DNA of 64,000 bases, taken from positions 524 to 64,523 of the IMG/VR virus record IMGVR_UViG_3300010885_017808; one strand, written 5' to 3'. Source of the DNA: a virus (taxonomy: Duplodnaviria; Caudoviricetes). Each line of letters opens with the position of its first letter. Position 1 is the stretch's first letter. Made by a program: the position numbers and the translations under genes. Shown piece after piece: positions 39,995 through 48,626 of the stretch. The notes below the pieces were generated by a model. It searched no databases. It saw only the letters and a program-made list of their open reading frames with translations, and had not been told where the DNA came from.

Positions 39995-40235
39995 TTTCTA
40001 ACTCCTGTATGTCTCGCTGACGTTCTAGTTCAGCAATCTCGGCATCAATTTCTTTAGCCTTACGTTTACCAGCTACCGCAGTCCCTTTGTTATAGACTTG
40101 CCAGTAGTGCTCACCACAGTATGCCTTCTTATTAAGAGTTTTGCAACCACACATCTTAATGGGCCAGTTTCGCCAAGGGTCTTGATCAGCGCCAATGAAT
40201 TGACAGCTATCAAACAGCATAGTATCTGCTGACAT
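39987..40235 (-). CDS. small Cys/His zinc-binding protein (GcrA C-terminus-like)
   Basis: CQFIG..MCG..YCGEH. Confidence 0.55.
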   Translation of the reverse strand: MSADTMLFDSCQFIGADQDPWRNWPIKMCGCKTLNKKAYCGEHYWQVYNKGTAVAGKRKAKEIDAEIAELERQRDIQELENE

Positions 40236-40236
40236 A

Positions 40237-41301
40237 TTAAGCCCTTCGCATCACTGTAACTTCTGCCATGTCTTTCCACTGCACTGGGAAGCTCTTACGC
40301 AAGTCCGCAATCTTAAGAACTGTACGCAGGCTCAACTCTCGCAGACGCTCACGGTTAGTGTCCATGAACTCGATGATCTCATCTTTGGCGATGGGTTCGA
40401 ATTCGTAGCTGTCCAGCATGCCATCTGCTGTGATCTGTTTGATACGCAGAACCTTCTCACGGTCCGTGTCCATCTGCAGATCAATATAGTGACAGCGTGA
40501 CTCTAGTGCCGCCAAGTGATCCTGTAGCTTCTTACTGCGAACATTCTCGAACTTGATGTTGGTAATAAAGATAGCACCACCTTTGAACTCAAACTTGTCT
40601 GGGATGCCTTCTGAGCGCAGGAGTCTGCTGTCAGTGTTCCAGCTGATAGTGCGCTTCTTGCTACTATCTAATGCCGCTTTGAGAATGTTCAGTGACACAT
40701 CGTCTAGCAGTACACTATCGCAGTCATCAAACACCACAACACTCTTGCTGTCGCTGAACTTGTATAGCTTGGCATACAAGCCCAATGCTGACATAGCACC
40801 CTTGACTACTTCATAGCGTGGCTTACGCTCGCCTAGTGTATTAAACAAGTCGTCACGTGTTAGTACTTCCTCAACACCAAAGCTCTTGCCTACGCCTGGG
40901 GGTCCGCTGACAATCATAGCACGTACATCACCAGACTTAACAGCCTTGGTCATGTCAGTGAGGATTTGGAAGCGAGCCCTAGTCTTCTCGATGAGCTCTT
41001 CGTCTGTATACTGTGATACTACAGCGTCTGCTACTTTGATCTGTTCCAAGCTCTTGTCTGTGACAGTAGACTGGGGCATGTTGCCGCTGACTACCACATA
41101 GCTTTCAGGGCTAGCGCATTTGATGCGAATGTTGCGTTCCGGGACGCCGTTGTTAGCAGGCTGACAGGTGCCGCCGTCTACAACCACATAGCCCGAGTCC
41201 GGACGGTATGCTTCTACAAGCATGAAACGGTAGCCTGCAAGACTAGTGTCTTTGCCGCGAATCTTGTAAGTACCTTCTCTAACTTCAATTAATGCTGTCA
41301 T
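40237..41301 (-). CDS. P-loop AAA-type ATPase
   Basis: GPPGVGKS, VFDDCD, FITN, LESR. Confidence 0.8.
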   Translation of the reverse strand: MTALIEVREGTYKIRGKDTSLAGYRFMLVEAYRPDSGYVVVDGGTCQPANNGVPERNIRIKCASPESYVVVSGNMPQSTVTDKSLEQIKVADAVVSQYTDEELIEKTRARFQILTDMTKAVKSGDVRAMIVSGPPGVGKSFGVEEVLTRDDLFNTLGERKPRYEVVKGAMSALGLYAKLYKFSDSKSVVVFDDCDSVLLDDVSLNILKAALDSSKKRTISWNTDSRLLRSEGIPDKFEFKGGAIFITNIKFENVRSKKLQDHLAALESRCHYIDLQMDTDREKVLRIKQITADGMLDSYEFEPIAKDEIIEFMDTNRERLRELSLRTVLKIADLRKSFPVQWKDMAEVTVMRRA

Positions 41302-41369
41302 TTCTCGCTCTCCAAAGTTGTTTAACTAAGCCTCTATTGTATGACAAATCCCAGGACCTGTCAACCTCT

Positions 41370-41828
41370 TTATGCATCTTCTTCTTCCAAATGGCTAATA
41401 CGAAGTTCTTCCGCAATGGCATCTGAAAGCAAGATGTAGTCTTCACCATTCATGCAGACATACCACAGTCCATCGCTGCGAAGAATGTATTCAAATTCCT
41501 CGTACTGGGGATTAGCACGGTAGTCATTGAAGTTGGTAAACATGAGATAACCGCTGTCCTCTTCGCCACGATCACGTCCGTAGAAGGTGGTCCACTTGCT
41601 GCGAGCATCTGTATCATCGAACCTCTCATTGAAGTCGTGCTGCTCTCCTGTGGTCTCACGTAGGCTGCTGATGCTGCCCTGTGTGATTAACTCTTCTGCT
41701 ACTATGGGATCCGTATAGTGAGCCAGCAAGAGCTTGCCGTTGTTAGCTAGATACCCGTCCCAGTGGCAGTAGACCTGCTTGATGACACCGTCGTCTAGTT
41801 CTATTGAGATAGTGCTACGTGTTGCCAT
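41370..41828 (-). CDS. conserved phage early protein (YCHWDGY)
   Basis: MATRS..YCHWDGY..YGRDRGE. Confidence 0.7.
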   Translation of the reverse strand: MATRSTISIELDDGVIKQVYCHWDGYLANNGKLLLAHYTDPIVAEELITQGSISSLRETTGEQHDFNERFDDTDARSKWTTFYGRDRGEEDSGYLMFTNFNDYRANPQYEEFEYILRSDGLWYVCMNGEDYILLSDAIAEELRISHLEEEDA

Positions 41829-41865
41829 TTGCGCTCCTGTGTGTTACTATGACTAGAGTATACGC

Positions 41866-42243
41866 TCAAGCATAGAGATTGTCAACAGCATTTTCATCTA
41901 GATCAGCAAATCGTTTCTTCATGTCTGCTGCTGTGGCCTGTGCCTGCTGCAGAGCCTGGTAGATGATGTCTTCTGCTGTACCGTCTAGCATGACTTCGCG
42001 AGCATCTGCATACAAGCAACCGCCCAAGTACTCTGCAGCCAGCTCTACGTCCTGAAACAGTACACGTACCCTAAGCATGAACCACTCCAGCTTGCCGCTG
42101 TCGATGTCCTCGCAGAGCTGCTGTATATCAGTCACTGAGTCGTCAAAGCAATCACGTGGATGCATGTCTTCCCAGCTACGATCCACAATGACTGTGAACG
42201 GACCGCGTTGTGTGTCAGCAATTGTTTCGTAGTGTCGTTGCAT
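41866..42243 (-). CDS. early hypothetical protein
   Basis: EYLGGCLY. Confidence 0.6.
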   Translation of the reverse strand: MQRHYETIADTQRGPFTVIVDRSWEDMHPRDCFDDSVTDIQQLCEDIDSGKLEWFMLRVRVLFQDVELAAEYLGGCLYADAREVMLDGTAEDIIYQALQQAQATAADMKKRFADLDENAVDNLYA

Positions 42244-42251
42244 ATTAATCC

Positions 42252-42512
42252 TTAGATCTCTGAGAACTCAATTTTGGGATCCAGGCTGCGCAATTGATTC
42301 GCTACAGTGACTAGTTCTTTATAGCGTCTACGGGTCTCTGCAATAGGCAGCTCACCGTCGCAACTTAAGTTCTCTGGACTCAGTGCAGAGTCAATGATGT
42401 CAGCTAGCCTAGCACGATCAACGTAGAGTGTCATGTCTAGTGGCTTGGCTGTCTTGTCAAAGCATAGATCCCAACGATGTTTACGATCTATGTATGCCTG
42501 CAATGCTTTCAT
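42252..42512 (-). CDS. early hypothetical protein
   Basis: LSPENLSCDGE. Confidence 0.65.
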   Translation of the reverse strand: MKALQAYIDRKHRWDLCFDKTAKPLDMTLYVDRARLADIIDSALSPENLSCDGELPIAETRRRYKELVTVANQLRSLDPKIEFSEI

Positions 42513-42580
42513 GTTCGCTCCTTAGTGTGTGTAAGCCTAGAGTATACATGAAAAGGGGGTCTGTGTCAACCCCTAGTGGA

Positions 42581-42814
42581 TTAAAAGATCCAGCCGCCGA
42601 AGTTCTCGTAGTCGTAGACTGCTACTGGAACACCTTCTTTTAGATAGACAATAATGCCCCCAAGATCGTGACTGATACAGGCCTGCAGCACCTGCTCATG
42701 ATCTTTCTCGAACTTATCGGTGTATTCAACAACGCTGCTGTCGTCGTCGCCTGCTGCTGCACTGTAGTCCACAGTCTTGGGCATGGTGTTGATTATGCTG
42801 ATGTCATAGCTCAT
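42581..42814 (-). CDS. early hypothetical protein
   Basis: Promoter plus SD. Confidence 0.6.
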   Translation of the reverse strand: MSYDISIINTMPKTVDYSAAAGDDDSSVVEYTDKFEKDHEQVLQACISHDLGGIIVYLKEGVPVAVYDYENFGGWIF

Positions 42815-42870
42815 TGTGTTGTCCTCTCGGTGTGTCTAAGTCACTAGTATACGATCATCTATCCAAAATG

Positions 42871-43164
42871 TCAAGCGAATTCGTGTTCGTCAGCAATGAT
42901 CTGCAGCATGTTAGCGGGAACTCTCCACATGCCGTGAGCAGTGTTCACAGTCACGTACTTGACGGCAATCTTTGTGACTACCCCCGTAACGTTGCGTCCC
43001 AGCTTGGCGCTGTCAAAGTTGACATTGCTGCCTATACGTAGCTGCTGCTTGGCCTGTCTAGTCAGCTGCGCTCGATTCCACTTGATAGCTTCTATCACAG
43101 TATTCAGTTCCGCGTTCGTGAACTCGCCCTGCATGATAGCTGCGTTGATTTGCTTGATGTTCAT
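42871..43164 (-). CDS. small SH3-like protein
   Basis: GVVTKI..WRVPANML. Confidence 0.6.
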   Translation of the reverse strand: MNIKQINAAIMQGEFTNAELNTVIEAIKWNRAQLTRQAKQQLRIGSNVNFDSAKLGRNVTGVVTKIAVKYVTVNTAHGMWRVPANMLQIIADEHEFA

Positions 43165-43245
43165 AATGGCTCCTGTGTGTAAGTATGCATTGATTATATA
43201 TGGAAACTGCTGCTGTGTCAACTAGTACTTGCAGCATCTAACTAG

Positions 43246-43322
43246 TGGCCTGCCCTGAGGGATTCGAACCCCCGACCGACGCCTTAGAAGGGCGTTGCTC
43301 TATCCAACTGAGCTAAGGACAG
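43246..43322 (-). tRNA. tRNA-Arg(UCU)
   Basis: Cloverleaf, anticodon loop CTTCTAA, TTCGAA T-loop, encoded CCA. Confidence 0.93.
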
Positions 43323-43326
43323 ATTC

Positions 43327-43403
43327 TGGTGGGCCGTGAGTGATTCGAACACTCCACCAATGGATTATGAGTCCACTGCTCTAACCTAATGAGCTAACGG
43401 CCC
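43327..43403 (-). tRNA. tRNA with CAU anticodon, probably Ile2 (lysidine-type)
   Basis: ACTCATAAT anticodon arm, G1:C72 pair, encoded CCA. Confidence 0.85.
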
Positions 43404-43408
43404 TTGTA

Positions 43409-43496
43409 TGGTGCTCGAGCCCGGAATCGAACCGGGACGCCCTTTACGAGCGAGAGATTTTAAGTCTCTTGTGTCTACCTATTTCACCACTCGAGC
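43409..43496 (-). tRNA. tRNA-Leu(UAA)
   Basis: Long variable arm, loop CTTAAAA, encoded CCA. Confidence 0.93.
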
Positions 43497-43514
43497 CTAG
43501 CTGTAATTATACAG

Positions 43515-43799
43515 TCATTTATCGGTAGTGTCAAGTCCCATGTCTTCTGCAATGTCATCTTGCAGCTTCTTGCTCAGCACCATCTTATATAGAGGTTCCA
43601 TCTCACGAGCGAACACGTCCGGGCTACGTGCTGCACAGCGATCTAGATCATATGTACTAGGGAAGTGTCGAAGAATGCTCATAGCTTCTCGTCTCACAGC
43701 AGCACCCACTCTAGGATACTTCTTGCGATCCGTGGCTAGTTCGCGGAGGAACTGTTCAGCGTATTTCACACTGCGATATCTTTCATCTGGTAATGTCAT
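43515..43799 (-). CDS. conserved phage protein (MTLPDERY..LRHFP)
   Basis: AGGAG SD and promoter. Confidence 0.7.
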   Translation of the reverse strand: MTLPDERYRSVKYAEQFLRELATDRKKYPRVGAAVRREAMSILRHFPSTYDLDRCAARSPDVFAREMEPLYKMVLSKKLQDDIAEDMGLDTTDK

Positions 43800-43889
43800 T
43801 GATTCTCTGCTCCTGGATAAGAGACGTTTCTTCTGCATGTATATATTATACAGCTAGAGCAAGTTGTAGTCAACCTGAAACACAGGGTC

Positions 43890-44750
43890 TAGCAGCGGGG
43901 CCTCTCTAGTGAACACACGAGTCTGTGGATGCAATAAGGGATCGGCCGCGAACAGTCTCGTTGTAGTAGAGTATGACTGTATAGTATAAGGTTTCTGATT
44001 ATCTTTATATAGTAATAGAATCCCGTCGGGAGTAGCTTGCATAAGAGTATTTACATAGTATATACGTATACGTATACAGTAACATAGTCATCGACACAGT
44101 ATACGTAACGCCTAGCAGCGGGGCCTATGTATAGATACTAGTATAAGCGTGTGACTTTCAGTGGCTCCGCAGTGGGAGAGCTGTCAAGAGGCAGTGGGAG
44201 AACTGTGGCTTATTGGCAACTATGGTAGAGTCACAGTCTGGCTGCTGTAGAACCACCATGATTTTATAGTGATAAATACTGGCGACGCCATCATCTCCAT
44301 GGTGAGAAACCCTGAAACCGCACCGTTCGGCCATATTTTGATACCGTTCTAATAGGGTTAGAGAATCTTTTGGCCGGTGGTTTGACTGGCTATGCTAGAA
44401 TGGTTGCACTTCTTTGCACTTTATTGCACTTCCCCACACAGATCCACCATAATTTCACCATAAATCCACGGCCACCCCCACTATATCTACGTATACACAC
44501 AGTCACGGCCATCATGCGCAGCGGGGCCTAGTACTTGAACCTACTCTACTTCAGCGTTTTTACAGCTCCCTTACTGTGGTCAACGCAAGGAAGAAGCTTG
44601 CGCTTCCTCTTAGACTATTATGTCTACGTATACGTTAATGTTATCACTACATGTATTCATAGTGTGTACGTTACTATACGTATATACATTATCTATGTTA
44701 CTACTAGTGTTGTTGTACTTGTAGTCAATACACTCGCAGCGGGGCCACTA
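43890..44750. repeat. non-coding iteron region at strand switch (candidate origin/terminus)
   Basis: GCAGCGGGGCC x4, TTGCACTT x3 at 10-bp period, GCAGTGGGAGA x2, TATACG repeats. Confidence 0.7.
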
Positions 44751-44779
44751 GCCTTTTGAGTTTTTTATCTAAATACACA

Positions 44780-44956
44780 ATGATATACACCATGGAACTC
44801 TCATTTGAAGAACTAGATCGTGTTCAAGATTATTGTTTGGGACACAACCAAGATCTACTACGTATTATACATATATTATACGACGACTGTGAGGATTACT
44901 ATGTTACCATAGTAGAAACTGATCCAATAACTGCTACGTTATTATACCTATTATGA
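44780..44956 (+). CDS. hypothetical protein
   Basis: TAAATA 4 nt before ATG. Confidence 0.5.
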   Translation: MIYTMELSFEELDRVQDYCLGHNQDLLRIIHILYDDCEDYYVTIVETDPITATLLYLL

Positions 44957-45168
44957 CACATCCATTGGCCAACAGTATATGCTATCGTTATCAAGCATGG
45001 GCACATGACTATGATGAGGAATTGGTATGGCAGTTTGTACAGCGACATGGGGGACATATCAGTGTGCGTCAGGATTCGATAGACTTCTTTATACCCGTGG
45101 ATTATCGCTGCTTGTTTGAATTGGCTTGGCCTGATCTATCGAGACAGCCCGGGTTAGATTTGATATAA
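44953..45168 (+). CDS. hypothetical protein
   Basis: ATGA coupling. Confidence 0.55.
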   Translation: MTHPLANSICYRYQAWAHDYDEELVWQFVQRHGGHISVRQDSIDFFIPVDYRCLFELAWPDLSRQPGLDLI

Positions 45169-45241
45169 AAAATTTTTACCCGGGCCCTTTACAGGGCTAT
45201 TCTAAAAGCATCGAGTTGAGGATTCTTTGAGTAAATACAGT

Positions 45242-45634
45242 ATGAAAATACTCATCGCTACCTTGACCTTATTACTCGCTGGTTGTGCCAACATCACCAG
45301 CCTTGTACCCAGCTTTTGGGACGATAATCAAAGCTATAAAATCATAGATGTTAGACTCAGCGTGGACAAACTCAACTGCGCACAAGCTCAGGCACCACAG
45401 GTTGATCGCATACGTGATAATCTACGTTGGTTCCACTTGTACAGTGCCAGCAAAGGCTCACGTCAAACTGATGTGATTAAACTACTAGCACCCATGGAAG
45501 AAACTGTGGAAGACTTCTATCGTCGTGTTACCAGTGTAGATCACAAGGACAATGTCATATATTGTAACCTTAAAAAACAAGTCATGACTGAACAGGCGGC
45601 ACGAGCTGCCACTGCCATACTAGGGAGATTTTAA
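45242..45634 (+). CDS. late lipoprotein
   Basis: Lipobox LAGC; TAAATA 4 nt upstream. Confidence 0.7.
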   Translation: MKILIATLTLLLAGCANITSLVPSFWDDNQSYKIIDVRLSVDKLNCAQAQAPQVDRIRDNLRWFHLYSASKGSRQTDVIKLLAPMEETVEDFYRRVTSVDHKDNVIYCNLKKQVMTEQAARAATAILGRF

Positions 45635-45871
45635 ATGAGCATGCAGATGTTATACGAAATAGCGGGCTGTCCTCGTGGCTGGGCCGCACAAAGAGCCGCA
45701 ATGGTCATAGCCATTACAGAGCAGCTACAGGCCAATAATATCACCCGCGAAGAAGCCCTGGAGCTCATGCAGGATCTAGTACGCATGGATGTCTTAGACA
45801 GTGAAGCTGATGACATCGAATTAAAGACAGCATTGGTTTCAGCTGTCTATGCTGTTGCCAAGGTTATATAA
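45635..45871 (+). CDS. hypothetical protein
   Basis: GGGAG SD. Confidence 0.6.
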   Translation: MSMQMLYEIAGCPRGWAAQRAAMVIAITEQLQANNITREEALELMQDLVRMDVLDSEADDIELKTALVSAVYAVAKVI

Positions 45872-45872
45872 T

Positions 45873-46397
45873 ATGAAAATCACTGAAATTATCACGGAAA
45901 ACATCTTTACCACAGACTACCACAAGGTCATGCAGGCCGTGGCAGAACTCTACAACAATCACTACGATATCAACGTATGGGAAAATGCCGACGCACATGA
46001 TGAAGCTGCCAAGGTCTTGTTAAAGGTACACCCCACAGCAGAAGAGCTGGACTACATCATTGATACAGCCCAACTACCCGAGCGTTTTATGGATCTAGAC
46101 TTTCCCATCAACGATGATCTCATGTTCAATGGATCGGGTGCTAACACAGATGATGTTGTCGAGGGTGACCTAGACGAGGACGCAGATCTAGATGAAGAGC
46201 CCGCAAGTCGCGCACTGTGTACCAGCGGTAAGCCAGACTCAGCTCTGGGTGCTAGTCAATTGAGTAGTTGCAAGAGCCAGGGCTATCGCAGCCGTGAGGG
46301 TGCCAAGAGTCACAAGGTGGGCTCAGAGCGTGTCAAAGTCAGAGGCAAGAAAATCAAGGGCAAAAAGTACGGCGGCCCCCTTCCAGACTGGAGTTAA
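45873..46397 (+). CDS. putative head-internal protein (CTS-like N-terminus)
   Basis: MKITEIITE; acidic middle, basic C-terminus. Confidence 0.55.
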   Translation: MKITEIITENIFTTDYHKVMQAVAELYNNHYDINVWENADAHDEAAKVLLKVHPTAEELDYIIDTAQLPERFMDLDFPINDDLMFNGSGANTDDVVEGDLDEDADLDEEPASRALCTSGKPDSALGASQLSSCKSQGYRSREGAKSHKVGSERVKVRGKKIKGKKYGGPLPDWS

Positions 46398-46403
46398 CAT
46401 CTT

Positions 46404-46964
46404 ATGGCGTGTCTAATCAGCACGGGTGATATACTAGTGTCTCCGCCCACTATGCCGGACCCTAGATTCACCAACACAGTACTATTAGTTACTCATCATG
46501 GTGCCAGGGCCAGTCAAGCACTGTGTCTAAACAAGCCCAGTGAGTATACCCTAAATGAAATAATCAAGCCCTTGAATCTACGTCTAGATAGGGACCCTAG
46601 ACTCTACTGGGGTGGACCCATTAGCCCCAACACTGTTTGGATGCTGCATGACCCTAATTGGCTAACCGAGGGCACGGTCATGATCAACGATGAATGGGCC
46701 ATGACCAGTCACATGCAGATGTTTAACAAGATAGTCAATCACAGCTGGCCTACCCGATATCGTATTATGTTTGGGCACAGCACGTGGGGGCCCGGGCAAT
46801 TAGAAAGCGAACTAGACGGTGCCGATGCTTTTCCTTTAGAGGGCAGTTGGTTGGTAGTTCACAAGCCCAACCCAGACTGGTTAGTCAACAGCAGTGTAGA
46901 TCATCTATGGAGCAGCAGTTGTGGCCTATGTGGGCAACAGGCTGTAGATTCATGGATGTCCTAA
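46404..46964 (+). CDS. YqgE/AlgH family protein
   Basis: MPDPRF, LNKP, WGGP, WGPGQLESE. Confidence 0.85.
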   Translation: MACLISTGDILVSPPTMPDPRFTNTVLLVTHHGARASQALCLNKPSEYTLNEIIKPLNLRLDRDPRLYWGGPISPNTVWMLHDPNWLTEGTVMINDEWAMTSHMQMFNKIVNHSWPTRYRIMFGHSTWGPGQLESELDGADAFPLEGSWLVVHKPNPDWLVNSSVDHLWSSSCGLCGQQAVDSWMS

Positions 46965-47849
46965 ATGCAGCTACACAGTACCCGCAACCCCAATAAGTTT
47001 TACGTAGATTGGTGGTTAATGAACCACTGCACCTGGCACTGTGATTACTGTCACGATGTCCTACGCAGTGGTAACATAGCACTTCCCTATCTACGTGATT
47101 GCCTGCGTTTTATAGACACTGCACAGCTTTGGGCACAGGCCCAGGGCAAGACCACACGCATCAAGTTCACAGGGGGTGAAGTCACCGAGTGGGCTGACTT
47201 TGAGCAACTATTAAAATACGCACACAGTCAGGGCTGTGAAACAGAGTTCCGTACCAATGCCAATGTAGAACGCCATCGTTGGCTGGCATTAATGGCCCAC
47301 ACAGATCTAGTCAGTATAGGCTACCACCCCAAGCATACATCCAAGACCCAGTTCTTGCTGGCCATAGATGGCGCTGTGCGTTTGGGTGTAAACCCCATGA
47401 TAGACGTTAACATGCTGCCCGATGAGTTTGACGAACTAGAAGCTCTAGTTGAATACCTACAACACCGTTGGCCCATGATTAGAGTCAATAAGACTATGCG
47501 TTTCAACAACCCTATAGATAATACCCAGCCCTTGGATTACACCCCCATGCAAGAGCTCAAACTCAAAAGACAGTATGGGGATCTACAATGGGATAATGGG
47601 GACTATACAGACTATCAGGAAATGATTCTAGACAATACCAACAAGTTCAAAGGATGGGCCTGCGCCGCGGGTATGGAACAATGTGTAGTTGATGCCTGGG
47701 GCAGGGTCTATCGTGGACACTGTCGTATGAACGGATTTATGGGCAATATTGCAGAACAAATAACATGGCCAGAAGCACTGACAGTCTGCAATGTTGATAG
47801 TTGCGTTAACGCCTTTGACATACAAGCAACCAAGACATCAGCGCCTTAG
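46965..47849 (+). CDS. radical SAM protein with SPASM/twitch-like C-terminus
   Basis: CTWHCDYC, FTGGE, CAAG..G.VYRGHC. Confidence 0.85.
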   Translation: MQLHSTRNPNKFYVDWWLMNHCTWHCDYCHDVLRSGNIALPYLRDCLRFIDTAQLWAQAQGKTTRIKFTGGEVTEWADFEQLLKYAHSQGCETEFRTNANVERHRWLALMAHTDLVSIGYHPKHTSKTQFLLAIDGAVRLGVNPMIDVNMLPDEFDELEALVEYLQHRWPMIRVNKTMRFNNPIDNTQPLDYTPMQELKLKRQYGDLQWDNGDYTDYQEMILDNTNKFKGWACAAGMEQCVVDAWGRVYRGHCRMNGFMGNIAEQITWPEALTVCNVDSCVNAFDIQATKTSAP

Positions 47850-48614
47850 TTCGGTGTATACTGTTCGTTCTACAATCTTTGTACGATGTTCTTTATTCGT
47901 GGCACCCAAGACAATTAAGGCATAGCTTTTATTGTGTTCTTCTAGGGCTAGGGCAACACACCATCCTGCAGGATTTGTCAGTCCTGTTTTGCTGAAGATA
48001 ATACTGCTAAATTCTTCCAACAAGGTTATATTAGTATTTTGTACTATGACCTTTACGGGTTTCTTTTTACCTTCTACCTGAAGTTCTGTACGTTGAATAA
48101 CAGCTAGATTGCGTAGAGTTTCGTAGGTCAACGCTGCTTTTAGCATGACCATAATATCTAGGGCTGTTGATGTATTCAACTTACTAAGTCCACTGGGATC
48201 GTCAAAATGTGTATTATACATGCCTAGTTGTTGAGCCTTGGAATTCATCAATCGCATAAATGATTCACGCCCATAGGGATGATCCCTAGCCAGAGTTTCA
48301 GCAGCTGAATTGTCACTGCGAACAATCATTGCTGTTAGTATCTCGTGACGTGTGAACTCTTTCTTTGGAAGAATACCACCGAGACCTTTGTAGACTGCAA
48401 GTTTGCCCTGCGGATCATGCTTTAACTCTAGAGCCACTATGGCTGTCATGACCTTGGTTATACTGGCCATAGGTCTAACTACCTGTGTGTGCTCTGCGTA
48501 AACTACAGCATTGTCTGTTAAATTATATAAAAGAACACTGGGCTCAAGTCTATCAGGTGCAGGTTTGGCCCAGGCCGTATTCACTACCAATAACAGTAGT
48601 AACAACAATCTCAT
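47838..48614 (-). CDS. peptidase S11 D-Ala-D-Ala carboxy/endopeptidase (PBP7-like)
   Basis: Signal peptide, SITK (SxxK), SDN, KTG. Confidence 0.88.
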   Translation of the reverse strand: MRLLLLLLLVVNTAWAKPAPDRLEPSVLLYNLTDNAVVYAEHTQVVRPMASITKVMTAIVALELKHDPQGKLAVYKGLGGILPKKEFTRHEILTAMIVRSDNSAAETLARDHPYGRESFMRLMNSKAQQLGMYNTHFDDPSGLSKLNTSTALDIMVMLKAALTYETLRNLAVIQRTELQVEGKKKPVKVIVQNTNITLLEEFSSIIFSKTGLTNPAGWCVALALEEHNKSYALIVLGATNKEHRTKIVERTVYTELRR

Positions 48615-48626
48615 CGTTCTTAATAA

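Larger units (their letters stand above)
25825..43875 (-). promoter_or_regulatory. array of about 30 sigma70-type early promoters
   Basis: Perfect TTGACA-N17-TATAAT with -35 (+ strand tgtcaa) at 26993, 27278, 27633, 28428, 31330, 31833, 32626, 33590, 34191, 34698, 34955, 36039, 39354, 43216, 43529, plus about 15 near-consensus copies. Confidence 0.9.

Noticed and set aside
43246-43500. tRNA-associated theta/HDV-like ribozymes
   Set aside because: Spacers between tRNAs are only 4-5 nt, and no HDV fold is recognisable downstream.
26476-43857. Plus-strand ORFs in the early block (e.g. 26476-27198, 32222-32752)
   Set aside because: They are antisense shadows of SD- and promoter-supported minus-strand genes.
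25825-43875. Recurrent TGTCAACC repeats as a CRISPR array or integron attC sites
   Set aside because: Spacing is irregular and gene-sized, each copy is the -35 box of a promoter, and no cas or integrase gene is present.
43854-44759. ORFs 43854-44042 and 44535-44759
   Set aside because: No SD, low-complexity translation, and they run through the repeat motifs.
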